Origin: Nageia nagi
Taxonomy: Eukaryota > Plantae > Pinophyta
DNA length: 64,000 nucleotides
NCBI GenBank assembly: GCA_050084985.1
Contig: JBITNC010000001.1
Coordinates: forward strand, 189,906,001 to 189,970,000
Direction: 5' to 3'
A program made the position numbers and the translations under genes. The notes beneath the pieces were generated by a model. That model was not told the origin of the DNA. It saw only the letters and a program-made list of their open reading frames with translations, and did not search any database. Positions 25,301 through 38,539 of the stretch are shown here, piece after piece (position 1 is the first letter of the stretch; each line of letters begins with the position of its first letter).

Positions 25301-28271
25301 TTCTTACAGGTGTTTAAATCTGATGAGCATATTATGAATTTCCTATTAGATGAAGCAATGGCTCATACCTTTGGTATTGAAGAACTACCTGACTATTTCC
25401 AAGAGTTCGATGTAATTCAACTTAGCTAAAATGTCATACCAAAAAGATTACTCTCTTTTAAAAGATTGTTTGATTTAGAAGATGTTCAAAATGTCAAATC
25501 TTTGTCCATTCAAAAGAAGGGTAATATTGAGCTAGAAGTAGAGCCCATGAAATATATAAAGATTAGATTAGAATGCTTTGAAAAAGAAGAAAAAAATATT
25601 ATTTTTCATATTTATCATTAGTTTTTAGAAGCAATTGCCTAGAATTATGATGATTTGAAAACATATGACAAAAATGTGATCCAGCATACCATTGAACTTG
25701 AACTAGAAGCTAAAGCATATAGATAAAAATAGAAGTTAATTAACCCAAAATAGAAGAAGCCATGAAGCAAGAATTAATCAAACTACTAGATTCTAAAATT
25801 ATCTACCCTATCAAGCATTCTTCTTAGATTGCTAATTTTATCCCAACAAGGAAAAAGAGTAGAGAAATTAGGATATGTGTAGATTTTAGGAATCTAAATT
25901 AGGTGTCTCTCAAAGATAACTACCCTCTCCCTCCCATGGAGCAAATCTTTCATACAATAGTAGGAGCATGCTATTTTTTTATGATCAATGGCTACTCAAG
26001 ATTTAACTATATTTGGGTAAAGGATGAGAACCAGTTCAAAACTACATTCACAACTAAATGGGAGACATTTTCTTTTCAAAGGATGCCCTTTGGGCTTTCT
26101 AATGCTGGAGCTACATTCCAAAGAGCCATGGACCATACCTTTGGTGATCTGGTAAATAAGATGATCCTAGTCTACCTAGATGATATCATAGAGTTTTCAA
26201 GAAGTAGATAAGATCATATGCATCATCTTAGGCAAGTTTTTGAAAAATATATAGAGTTTGGGATCTCAATCAATCCCAAAAGACCATTTTTATGGTTAAC
26301 CAAGGAAAATTGCTTGGTCATATTGTCTCAAAAAAAGGGTTGGCAATTGACCCAAAAAAAGTAAAAGATATTGAAGTATTACACCTCCCCTCCAATAAGA
26401 AGGCTCTACTATATTTCCTTGGTCAAATCAATTTTGTAAGAAAATTTATTAATGATTTTTCAAAAATAGTCTCTCTAATTACTGTAATGTTAAGGAAAGA
26501 TGTGTTTTTCTTACCAGATGAAGCAAAGCAAGCTTTTTAGGATATCAAAAAAGCTATAATAGAATATTTTATTTTAATGAATCCAAATTTTTCAAAATAT
26601 TTCATTATGTATGCATATGGAGTAGAGAAAAATATTAATGCAAATCTAGCATAGAAAGATGACTAGAAAGAAGAACATTTGATTGCCTTTCATAACCAAA
26701 CATTGCACCAACACCAAAAAAGGTATTTATTAATTGAGAAGCAAGTGTTTTCCATAATGAAGGGACTTAAGAAGTTTAAACATTATGTGTCCCATAATAA
26801 GATCCTTATGTATACTATTCACCCTAATGTAAGAAATTATGTCATTCAAGGAGAATTGGGTGAAGGGAAACCTAGTTGAATCATAGAGATAATGGAATAC
26901 GATGTAGAAATTAAACCAACTAGGCTTATTAGGGGTATGGGTCTCTTTAAAAATGTAGCATAAACCTCACACATGATTTCTATCATAGAATATGAATAGC
27001 ATATCAATCTTGAAAGTGATTAGATAAAATAATTTATTTTTTATTTTCAAATTAGTAAATGTTCTAAATCCCAAGATAAATTTCAAAGGAGGAGATTCAA
27101 GCTACAAGATTTAAAGTTTGTGATGATAGATTACCATATTTATAGGAAAAAATTTGATCAAATCATATTAATATGTATGACTCATGATGAAGCCTAGAGA
27201 ATATTACATGAATTTTATTATGGATTATTTGGAGGACATTATAGTGGTCTAACTATAATAGCAAAAGTGTTACAAGTTAAGTACTATTGGTCTAACATAT
27301 TTTAAGATTCATTCAAGATAGCTTAGGAGTGTAAAAAATGTAGCAGATATGGAAGAAAAAGAAGACAAGTAGCAATGCCTCTCAAACCTATGGTTTTTAA
27401 GGAGCCTTTCCAACAATGAGGTCTTGACTTCATTAGTGTTATAAATCCTAATTCCTTAGCAATCCATAAGTTTATTTATACTGTAATAGATTATATTACA
27501 AGATGGTTAGAAACTATGCCATGTAAAAATGTAGATCAGGAGTAAGTGATAGAGATAATCAAGAGAATAAACACTTGCTTTGGTATCCCATATATTGTTG
27601 TATCAAACAATGATCATGCATTCATCGAAGCTAATTTGTCAAACTTTTTAGCTAGATACAAGATCTACTAGTTATTATCTTCAAACTATTACCCATAGGG
27701 GAATGGGTTAGCAGAATCGACCAATAAGAACCTAACCTAGATCATTAAAAGAATAATTGAAGGGAATTCTAGATAATGGTATACATAATCAAACTATGCA
27801 TTATGGGCATACAGAATTAGCATCAAATCAACTATCAAGACATCCCCTTATGCATTAGTATATGGTAAAATACTAGTACTACCAATTAATCTTGAGTTAC
27901 TCGCACTAAATATTTTGCAAGAGATAGAGGACTATGAATTTGAACCACTACAAGCTAGATTTAATCAGCTTCTAAAGTTGGAAGAAGATCAAAATAAAGC
28001 ATATGAGTCCTTCCAACATAGATAGCAGATAGTTAAGAAATGATTTGACAAGCAAAAGTCTTTTTGAGTAAAGTTTGAAATAGGATACATTGTCCTCAAA
28101 TGGGATGAGGAAAGAGCAAATCCCAAGAAATACCATAAGTTCGATTCCTTATGAAGTGGAACCTACATCATTACTCAAAATATGTAGAATAATGCATTTA
28201 GACTATAAGATATCACTAGGTCTCAGGAGCTACCTATCCTAATAAACAAAATCTATTTGAAATACTACTAG
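22396..28271 (+). pseudogene. TatII gag-pol pseudogene: gag ~22400-23300, protease ~24230-24600, archaeal-type RNase H ~24840-25250, RT ~25830-26400, RNase H ~26550-26950, integrase ~27150-28270
   Basis: SFEGKAAEWF (gag), MIDTG (protease), WKIYFHGARCKHGCGVGVV..TNN..HGDSKQVIKQV (aRH), RMPFGLSNAGATFQRAM..VYLDDII (RT), GHYSG..YYW and GLDFISVINP (integrase). Confidence 0.93.
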
Positions 28272-28834
28272 GTGATAAAGTGATTACACAACACCCGCTA
28301 AAAATTATACAGTGTATAAATTGTATTTAAAAAAAAATGGTTTATATATTCCCTCATAACTTATGCAATTTCTTGAGGAAGTAGGTAGCCATTAATGTGA
28401 TGAATTAACTAGGCATGGTGTGGAATTAGGCTTGTTTATCATTAATTGTTCAATCAAAATGACAACATTTAAGGAAGGAGATCTCATTGGAAAACCCACT
28501 AGTTATGCCCTATCTCTCTATTTAAATTTGGCACAGTTAAAATTAATGTATTCCTACCTGTAATTCATGACATCGTACTCCACACCAACCTTGACATTCT
28601 TTGGTTATTAAATGACATTAATAGATATCAACACAACCCTTAGGAAAATAAAACAAACTCCCTAAACCCTCCTATTCTTCACTTGGCAAATTTTAGAGCA
28701 CAAGTTTCTAAGAAAATCAGAGCTTAGAGGTTTTAGAGCAAGTTAAGTGAGGAATAAGAGAGTTGCAAAGCTTAATATTGCAAGTTTGATTATTTTTTAT
28801 GTTGACTCACTTTGCAAAGAAAATAGTATACACC

Positions 28835-31800
28835 ATGATGACAACCAAGGAACCAACTATGACTCAACATGAGGGGGTGAACGCTAATCTCATAACAATT
28901 CAAGAGGAATAATTGGAGAATGCTCCTAGCATAAATTGGACAGAGATGGGGGTCATTAATCATATGGACACTTGGCATGTTGATCCCATGAGGATCCTAT
29001 TATAGCACCTAAAGATCAAGGTTACAGGTAAAGGTAAATTACTAGTTGAATCCAATAGGAACATCATGATAGACCAAGGTCTTGCAATTATGTGCCTTAT
29101 GAATCTTTCACCTATCCTAATTTGATGTATGCTATCATGCTCAAGCATAGCCCATAAGGGTATGAAATTGGGGCTTTCAAGGAGTAACAACTAGAGGAGG
29201 TAGAATCTAGGTATAGGCATAAGATAATACTAGATTACTCCCTTGAAGCAATTTTGCATGCATTTGCAATCCTAGCTTATTGGACCTTCCACATCAAGAA
29301 GCAAATTGATCTAAAATGAGACAACATGGACTTTTATTGAAATGAATCTAAAATGTTGGATTGGATTTGTAATGTCCCCAAATTTGTAAAACGTCCACTT
29401 TCTCTCCTCTTGGAGTGTGACGTTCATGGCAAAGGAGGAGAAACCAAAAATAAATTAATTTAGGAGTATTTTATTAATATTTTGAATTTATTTCTATAAC
29501 CAAGGCTAAAGAGACCCTTGAGGCACTCACCCTTGGATTTTATTTAATTAATCTGGCTCAATTATTTGTAATTAATGCAATATTAGCCTCTCATAATGGG
29601 ACATTGCATTTATGATCCATTGATCTTGTAATTTGGCATCTCTAGGCAACCATTGTGGGATGTTGGGCTTCCTGGGTCCCTAGATGATTTAATTTGTCAT
29701 CCCAAGACACTAGAAGAGGGACGTTGCACTTTGGGTGATTCCAAGGTATGAGAGATCTTATTATAAGAGGAGATGGGATGCATCATTGGGGGCATGCTTG
29801 AAGATCATCAGAGTTTATCTCTTTTCGGGGGTTAGCAACTAGTGGAGTTGTAGCTTTCCAGCTAGCTTAGAGGGAGAGCTCGAGCTAGTATGGAGGAGTT
29901 CTTACCTAAGCTAGAATAGTAGCTCAAGCCAGTGAGGTGGAGTTGCTAGAGTAGCTTGAACTAGTGAGGTGGAGTTACTGGAATAGTTTGAGCCAGTGGG
30001 GTGGAAATATTCCATCCCTGATCCAGATCTAGCTAGTGGGGTAGATCTAGATCTAGCCAGTACGACCATATTCTAGATCCATATCTAACCTACCAAATTA
30101 GTGTGAGGAGGCATGTCCTAGATCCAAACCATCTGAATCAGTGTGAGGAGGCTCGTCCAACATTAGGGAGAAGAGGTTGAAGAACTTGCAAGGCCAAATC
30201 ATCCAAATCTACCTTGTGAGGGCAAACGTCCCCCTTCTTGAGCATTTCAGTATTTTTCCTTAAGTATTGTACTTGTCCATTTGGGAAATCCCAGCTCTTG
30301 AAGAATAAAATTCATTTTTGGCTCTATTTCGTATTTAATTTACAGATCTGATTTGAATTGAGCTAGTTAGAAAAATATAAAAATATATATAAATTCCTAA
30401 GTAGTAATATTTCAACTTGGAATATTACACTTTAACAAAAATTACATTTTGTGAGTTTTGGGGATATTATAGGATTGATGAAAGGTATGAGGGGAGATGT
30501 ACCAAACTCTTATAGAGCTATGACATCATCTCCTTTGAGAAGTCTTGGGATAGGAAGGTCCTGCAAGCATTGGCAATCATTCTTGGGAAGAAGACCCAAA
30601 TAGAAGCAGATGAAGCCATGATGAGGATAGCCTTTAATATAATAGAGGCTCACATCTGCTATGATTTTCTACTTTCATAACGAATGAGGTAAGAAAAAAT
30701 TTATTCAAAATAAAAAAATATGATTTTTAGCATTTTTCCTACTTGTGGTGGCTCATAGTACACCAAAAATTGGAGGTACTGGTGGAGATAAGACTTTAGG
30801 TTGAACCTGCAACCTTGACCATGGGGCCTATGCCAATTGACTTAAGAGTCCCCATATTAACCAAGTTGCATGGGTAATACTATGAATTCATGGAGAAATT
30901 TTATGCATTGATGATGTAAATTCTAATAGGGAATCCATCCCATGGGCTTTACCGATCAACCATGTGGGACCTACAAGGAGGAAACAAGATAGGTGACTAG
31001 TACTTCTTAAAGGACCAAACTATAATTATAAGGTATGGGTATTTTGAGAGTCCATTTTCCTACCTAAATTTTTGATTACCCAAATGTATTCTATAGAAAT
31101 GGATAGATAAATGTGTGCTATAGAAACCAAATATGGGGTTGGGGCTAATTTCAATCCCATTGTAAATATACCGATAACTACTAAAAATTTTACATTACTA
31201 GAAATAGAATGTAAGGATAGCATAGTTGATTTCATTGTACAAAATTTTGAATTAGACATGGCTGATTCCCCTTGGATGTATGAATCACTAAGGGAGATTA
31301 CAATAATTAAAAATTCAAATAAAAAGCACCAAGCCTTCACTCATGAGTATAGGTCCCATGTAGAGTATTTTTTAAATCAAACTAAGCAAGAAGTTGAGGC
31401 ATCCCTAGAGTGGGAATTTGTAACCTTAAATAAACCTTTGTTAACCCTAGAAGGTATTGAAAAATACAAAAATTGGAAGGTTAGGAGGTAAAAATTTTTC
31501 CTAAACCTGAAGGTTTTGGCCCAATTGAGAGATGAGTTAGATTGGGGCCCTAACAAGATCCATTATTTTACCAAGTTTAAATTTGAATACACCACCAAAA
31601 TCCATCATGTTGAAAAGTAATTATTTGATGAATTTAATTATGATAAATACTAGGAAGCCTAGTATACACAAAACCTACTATCAAAAGTGGAAGAACCTCT
31701 CCCACCTAGTTTTCAAGGAAAATTAGAAAGGGAGATAAACAAAAAAGAGTCTAGATAACTATCTAGTTCAACATAGCTAGTAAAAAGGAAGAAAGTAGAT

Positions 31801-33798
31801 CAGCCAAAAATAGCTACTTCTTGAGAATCCTCTCAAAATAAAAAATAAGAGGTCAAACTTTGGTGAAAGCACAAGTATAAAAAGCCTTGAAGGAGGATAA
31901 GAAACCCAAAAGAAAGCCCCAAACCATACAACCATGAGTACCCAAGATTACACAAAACTCCATCTCCTAAAGTTATTCAAGAGATGTCTAAAGCAATTAC
32001 CAAAGATATAGAGATGTTTGATGCTAAAGATACTAAAAAACCCTAAATCATAGACATCATCATTTACCAATATGCCTAGGAAGAAATAGGGGATGAGGTA
32101 TAGCAAGGAGGGGGCAATGTACTTGGCACAAGTGGTGCTACAGTAGCTAGAGGTGAAGTAGGCAGAGATGGAGGTGAAGATGAAGATGAAGATCCTAAGA
32201 AGAAGGAATCTGACCCAATGGATAAGACACCTAAGAAGGAGAAACCTATAGAAGAGAAAGAAGAGGAAGTTGAAATACTAGCTTCCACTCAAAACACAAC
32301 AAAGGAACCTCCATAGCAAACTCTAGTATCTACTTCAAGAGTAAGTATAGAACCACATTCTTTAATTCCTTTCTTTATAGCCTCACAAGAGGAAATTAAA
32401 AGTATTTTTTCAACTCAAATAGTTGATCCCATTAATTGGGAAACATTTGTAAATAAACCCTCTATGATCCTAGAGCAACAATCTAGGATTTTGAGTAAAG
32501 TAATAGAAATGGGAGATATCAAAATTGCCCAGATGCCTTTCAAATAAGGTTAGCTAGATATTACTCCCATGTATATAATAAATGTAAATATGTAGAGTGT
32601 CCTAGCTATTGATCAGTTACGATTGCTTGTAAATACTTCCATGGTGGGTGGCAAAAGTCTCCAATCTATGAAGAGTAAGATTGATAGATTAAATAAGAAG
32701 ATAGATCAGTATAAAAAAGAATGCTCCTTTAAATACAATTATTAGGTTGTAGAATCAGAATAAGGATTTATTAGGAAAGTTGGACAAGTAGAAGTTCGAA
32801 TTTCAGAAGAGACTAGATCAAGGTAAAGTTGAGCTGGAGAATGTAAGAAAACAAATAGAGAATCTGAAAGCTCAAGCCACTATGGTAGATAGATAGAAGG
32901 CTCAATAGACTAAATAAGAATTGAAAAACATGGTAGTAGCAAATAAAGTACTCAATGATGATAAGATAAAGTTTCTACAGATTATGAAGAACTTCAAAAA
33001 GCCCTTGGTTGAACAAATAGGAGAAAGGTTGGTGAGTTTATCATAGTTGCATTTATTGAAAAATCAAATAGAATAAGCTTTCCTATTAAATATTACCTAG
33101 GCTACTATGCATAAGTTAGCCCTAATTGTATCCAAGTTAATAATTGAAGGAATGCAGAGTTGTTTGAAAGCCCTAACTAAAAAGGATCTAGCTACCATCA
33201 CCACCAGGCGAAGGCAAACTATTTTGAGAATAACCCAAGATGTCTACAAGTTGTAGTACCTGATATTTATTATAGATATTTAGAAATAGAAATTGAAGAT
33301 AAAAATTGGTTTTATTAACAAATTCTTCCATTCTTTAATAGAATTAAAAGCCCCAAAATTATGGGGAAAGCAAGATGTATAGGGTAGTGCAAATCGATGG
33401 GTGGCCAATACTATTTAATTTTTGGAGTAGTCTTTCTCAGAGAAGCAAATCTCAAATCTATAGAAAATAAATGACATGGCTTAAGAGCCAATCATAAGGT
33501 TTTTATATGTTGGAAGATTGGAAAATATACTAATAAGTTTCAAAGCAAACACTATCAAATTACAAGCATGCCTTGTTTTATCCCAGACTGATTATCAAGA
33601 TTTAAAATATTTGTATACAAATTTCTATCCTTTGCTCCTAGTAGGGTTAATTCCACCACTCGAGACACCCATAAAAGCTTCATATAGGTAGGAAAGTGGG
33701 AGCAACAAGTAAAGGGTTCAATTATTTAGTAGGTTGAGACCTTGGGAACCACCAGAAGACTATTATTCTTTCAAAATCACACTCTAAAAATAGAGTAA
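28835..33798 (+). pseudogene. Long extra sense ORF downstream of pol in the TatII element (decayed, split by a solo LTR), function unknown
   Basis: Codon-like sequence continues either side of the solo LTR. Includes ORF 31111-31491, an acidic GGEDEDEDPKKKE linker and a K/E/Q-rich coiled-coil-like segment. Ends approximate. Confidence 0.6.
29368..30471. mobile_element. Solo LTR (1104 bp)
   Basis: TGTAATGTCCCC...GGGGATATTATA termini with perfect TSD GGATT (29363-29367, 30472-30476). Internal ~29-bp tandem repeats at ~29920-30004. Confidence 0.9.
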
Positions 33799-35145
33799 AA
33801 TTCTATTATTCTTTATTCTTACATTCATTTCAAATAAATCTATTCTTAACTCCTAGTTCTAATTCCCCTTTCATATTTTGTAAATGTTGGAAAGGTTTCT
33901 AGTCCTTATACTTAGTATTTTGATGAAGTTTTGTTGATTCAAAAGAGTTCTAGGTATTATCAATAGTTCGAGTATTATTCATGTATATAAGGCTTAACCA
34001 ATTTGTTTTAGAATTTAACTATTATCTAGCAAGTGCTGTAATAAATCTCAAAAATTAGTCATAGTCTAGTTTGATGTTTTTTGGTAATTGTACATAAGTT
34101 GAGATTCATGGTTCATGATTAATGTGTTAAAGTCATATTTGGGAAGTAATGTATCATGTCCAGGAAATATCATAGTATGTAAAGGAAGGAAATGTCTAAG
34201 TCAAATATGGGTATTGTAGGAAGTTAGGTCTTTTTGGGAATTATTGTAAATAATATTCTTTGTTGAGTTGAACTTACCAATAAGTGATGTTGTAAAGCCC
34301 TTGGATTTCTAGAGAAAATTTTTGTCATACACAGAAGATCTACAAGAGATATTTGGAGAAGCCATCTTCTAGAGTCCACTAATTTTGAGATGACATCATA
34401 CTTTTGGCCTAAAATTAGTAGCTCCTAAGATAATCAATAGTGAGAAGTATGACATTCAATGGGAGATATTTCAAAAATATAAATATATATAGCCTATTGA
34501 TTTTGATTGATGAAATCACACCTTTTACCTAAAATTTGTGAGTGTTAAGAAATCCCCTACCATCAGTAAAGCCCATCAAGAAGAAATAGAACCTACCAAA
34601 TAAGAGAAGGAATAATGAGTTGGGAAGAACACCCAGGTCCACTTGATCATAAGTGTTTGACCCCTAGGGCTCTATCAATGTGTAGACCATGACTCATTTC
34701 CACATGATTGTAGCAATTCTTCCTAGGATCTCAATGATACACTCTTCACTTCCCTCATTATTCCATGTAGCCCAAAACTATAGTGATCACCATTAATGGT
34801 TGTAGAGAATTACATGGCTACCGATAGAGCATAGGGTTAAACCATACCAATCAAGTCAGTATACAATACATTCATAATTAGTTATAGCATTGAGATGATT
34901 TAATCAAAGATAGATCAAAAGGATTACAGCTAGGAAGTACAACAGTTCAGAGATTTCAAATTTCCATATTTTGGTGTAGATTGTACTTATTCACTATGTA
35001 ATCTTATACAATTTTAACTTTAAATTGTACATTTGTAAATCATTCCTTATATTTTTTTAGTCAATAGGTTGGTTAAGTGAATTCATGATGAACAACCAAT
35101 TAATTGTAGATATAAATGTATGAATAGTGAACTATTATAGGTCAA

Positions 35146-35636
35146 AAAGGGTCAAAGATTCTAGCAAATTTGCCAAGTATGTAAGATGCTTTCATGTGTG
35201 ATAATTCAATTTGATAATGCTTTTCCCTCTATAATATGTGGATTTTTATTACATTTTATGAATTTTATGTATGAAATGTTGTCTTTAGTTGTGGATGTGT
35301 ATTGTGACTGTGACACCCCAAGGGAAAGATAGTTTACTATTCTTAATGTTGGCTATGGATTGATGCCTATGTTGTAATGCTTGGGCTATGTAGTGTTAAT
35401 TTGCTTTGTTAGTTTAATGTGTTTATCCCTTTCCTATTAATCTTAGCCTTTTTATCTATTTCCAGTTCCTTTAACCTTCACCATAGATAGGAACTAGCCT
35501 ATAATCTAAAGATTGAGTAGAAAACTAACACGAGTGCATTCCCCACCACCTTTTTCTCTTTCAAGGACCTTACTATTGTAGGCAATGGAGAACATGACCA
35601 AACTACACCCTTGAGGTTATATTATACTGATCAATA
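35146..35636 (+). repeat. Right terminal repeat (X 35146-35321, Y 35322-35636) of the TatII element
   Basis: Y is a direct repeat of 21831-22145, and XY is an inverted repeat of 21338-21830. Confidence 0.9.
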
Positions 35637-38132
35637 GAAAGCAAAGGATCTTGTCCCATGTTGAATAGAAAGAAAGACTAATAATGATCATATGATATCT
35701 TTGCCCCATGCTACATGGAAAGCAATGATGATAATGATCAAATTATGGTGCTAAAAGATATGATGTATGATATGTTGTAATGTTAATACGACATTGGATA
35801 TGACTTAAGATAGTTGATATCTCAAGCCTTAAACTATGGTAAATAAGGTGATGTCAACAAAACATCATGAAGTCATTGATAAGTGATTGTATTGATATTG
35901 ATATGCTCAAAGACTCATTATATGATATTGGTGCTTGATTTGAACATGGTTGAGATGCCAAAATATGCTTACTTGATATGATATATGGTCAAAGAATTGG
36001 TTTGATGAAGATATGATAATGATCAATGATAAATGCTTTGCTTGATTTTTATTTTATGAAATATTTTATTTGTTGTAAGATATGCTAAATGGTAGATTTC
36101 CTTTATATGATTTGAATTGGTGTTTGATCATGATGAAATGATATTTTCTCATTTATAACTAATGATTATGATGAAGTAAGTGAAGAGACTCATCCATATC
36201 AAAGCCATTATCACATGTTCCATAAGACTATATTCCCCTCATAAACCATGATAGTCAATAATCTATGATCACTCACAAGGGAATGATTTAAGGCAACCCA
36301 ATATAATGATTGTGAGCCAAAAGGCTATATCCTCATCAAGAATGACATTCATGCAGAGCGGTAATAACAAATAATCAAATGAACCTCAAATATATGCATC
36401 TATGATGATATGATTGTGATGTTAAGATGAGAGAAGCACTTGATGTAAGTATCCAAAGACAATGATCAGGTGATGATGATGATAGGGATAATGATAATAC
36501 TGATTATGATGGTTATGCTAATAATGATAATATGATAGAGTATTATATAATATGACATGATAATGTGATGAGAATGCATGCTACATGATGAAATGATAAT
36601 GCTACTAATATTGACAAATGATAACAAAGACACATCATGTTGATAATTGAATATGAAAAATTGTTGTCCTACCCCAAAGTTTCCACTACTGGATGACTAT
36701 AAAGAAGGAGTAGGCTCTAGTATCAAGTCCCAAGATGCCAATATTATGTTGCATTCTTGATTAATAATGTTTAAATGGTGATATTTAGATGACAAGATAT
36801 GATAGCACTTAAGATAATTGATGATGATGATAACAATTTAGAGATAGTGTTCATATTCAATGGCTCATCCAATGAGGTTGCTATAACAAGATGGGGGTCC
36901 AACCTCATAATAATATTTCTTATATGATATTGATTTTTCTCCTTGATCATGATTACGCAAATGGTTATTGAAAATATTCAATATTGATTAGGTGGTTTGA
37001 TTGGTTCTCATGTTGATACTTGACCATTATCAATAAGATCTTGGATCTCATGCTTCAATTGCATGCACCCATTGGTGTTGTATCCATATTGCCTATGGTA
37101 CTCCCAAAACTCATTTTTTTATGTTAACACCTAAAAGTGGTCCCCTTAATATGGTCCCACTTAGGTAAAAATTTACACATACAATTAATCATATTTAGTC
37201 ACATTTTAATCATATTTTACCTTAGTATCATATATTTCTCATGTTGTCTTCTTAAGTTTTATGTTAGGTACATTGGAATGAATTAAACCAATATTCAACT
37301 AGTCAAATAGTAAATCATGTCTAATATAAATGTAATTATCTCTAACCTGGGGAAAGCATGTCAATATTACATCTCGATAGTCAATACACTATACTTGGGT
37401 GTATCTAAACACCACCTGTTGAGATTGGAATCTTATTATCACTTGAGCAAATATTTGTTATCCACTTTTGTGATAATATGTTCAATTAAACTTTTCATCA
37501 TATTTGCTAGCATCAATACTTGTTGAAAAATCTCATTTCTTCAAGAATGTTTGCACCCGCATTGATGTTTAAACTCGTGCTAAGCTTTTAGAGACCAATG
37601 CTTGCACTATCATTTCTTCTATAACTGGCCTTAGGGTTCATACAATAAGGTAACCACTCTTCAACAAGTTCATCTATCATATCCTTGGCTTCTAAATAGG
37701 TAAGGATACATAGGTATTTATCTTTCATTCAATTCCTTTCTCTTTAGTGTGTGTAGTTTCATTTTATATATTGACATCAATTGTGCTTTCATTACTCTAT
37801 TACTTCACTACTAAATTCTATTATTCATGTATGTTTATCTAAGTTGTTTAGCTTAGGTTTACCATACAATAAATGATTATGTGCTTTTAGTTCATTTAAA
37901 TTGAAACCCTAGGTGATACCAAAACACATATCAACACTTTGTACCAAGGTCTTGTTGAAGCTCTTGGATTTTCCTTGATTAAGGGTAGTGTCAAAATATT
38001 TTCTTGTAATAACTTTGATAGGATATCTGATAAATGCTCCCCCAAAGGAGTGAAATCACTTATTTTCCTTTGATTATTGAATTTCTCCTACTCACATGTG
38101 ATTTGTTGATGTATTTATATGGTTGATTGAGG

Positions 38133-38421
38133 CATAGAATTAAAAAATGTCATTTAAAATGTAAAAAAATATCATTTTTGGTATTTTTTGAAAAAAAAAA
38201 CTATATTTTCCCTCAAAAAATGCCATTTTTTCTTAGCAAAAAATGGTCATTTAAATGGTAAGAAAATGTTAAAAATATGGTCGTATTTACCTAACTTAAC
38301 GTACTTGTCATATTTGGCATTTAAACAATTGAAAAATATTTTAAAAAAAATACATGCATAAAACCCTTACCGCACTTATCGTACCCATCGTATTTTCAAA
38401 AAACCATTTTTTTATTCTATA
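38133..38421. mobile_element. 289-bp hAT-type MITE
   Basis: TIRs catagaattaaaaaatg vs reverse complement tatagaataaaaaaatg. 8-bp TSD gattgagg / tattgaga (6/8 match). Confidence 0.75.
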
Positions 38422-38539
38422 TATTGAGAAGCCATATTTTCTTGGTTGACTTTAGATGATGGTTGCTTTTGATATGCTTGATAGTTTTCATTACGCTTTA
38501 GATTATGACCTTGATTTTTCTTAAGTAATTTGATGTCAC

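Larger units (their letters stand above)
21338..35636 (+). mobile_element. TatII-like Gypsy retrotransposon with inverted terminal repeats and a fold-back left end
   Basis: Starts TGTTGATCAG and ends CTGATCAATA. TSD GAAAG at 21333-21337 and 35637-35641. tRNA-Arg PBS tggcatgcccaatgggac at 22163-22180. Domain order gag, PROT, aRH, RT, RH, INT. Confidence 0.88.

Noticed and set aside
21338-35636. DIRS element or DNA transposon (because of the long ITRs)
   Set aside because: It encodes a Gypsy protease, RT and DDE integrase with a tRNA PBS and 5-bp TSD; no tyrosine recombinase or transposase was seen.
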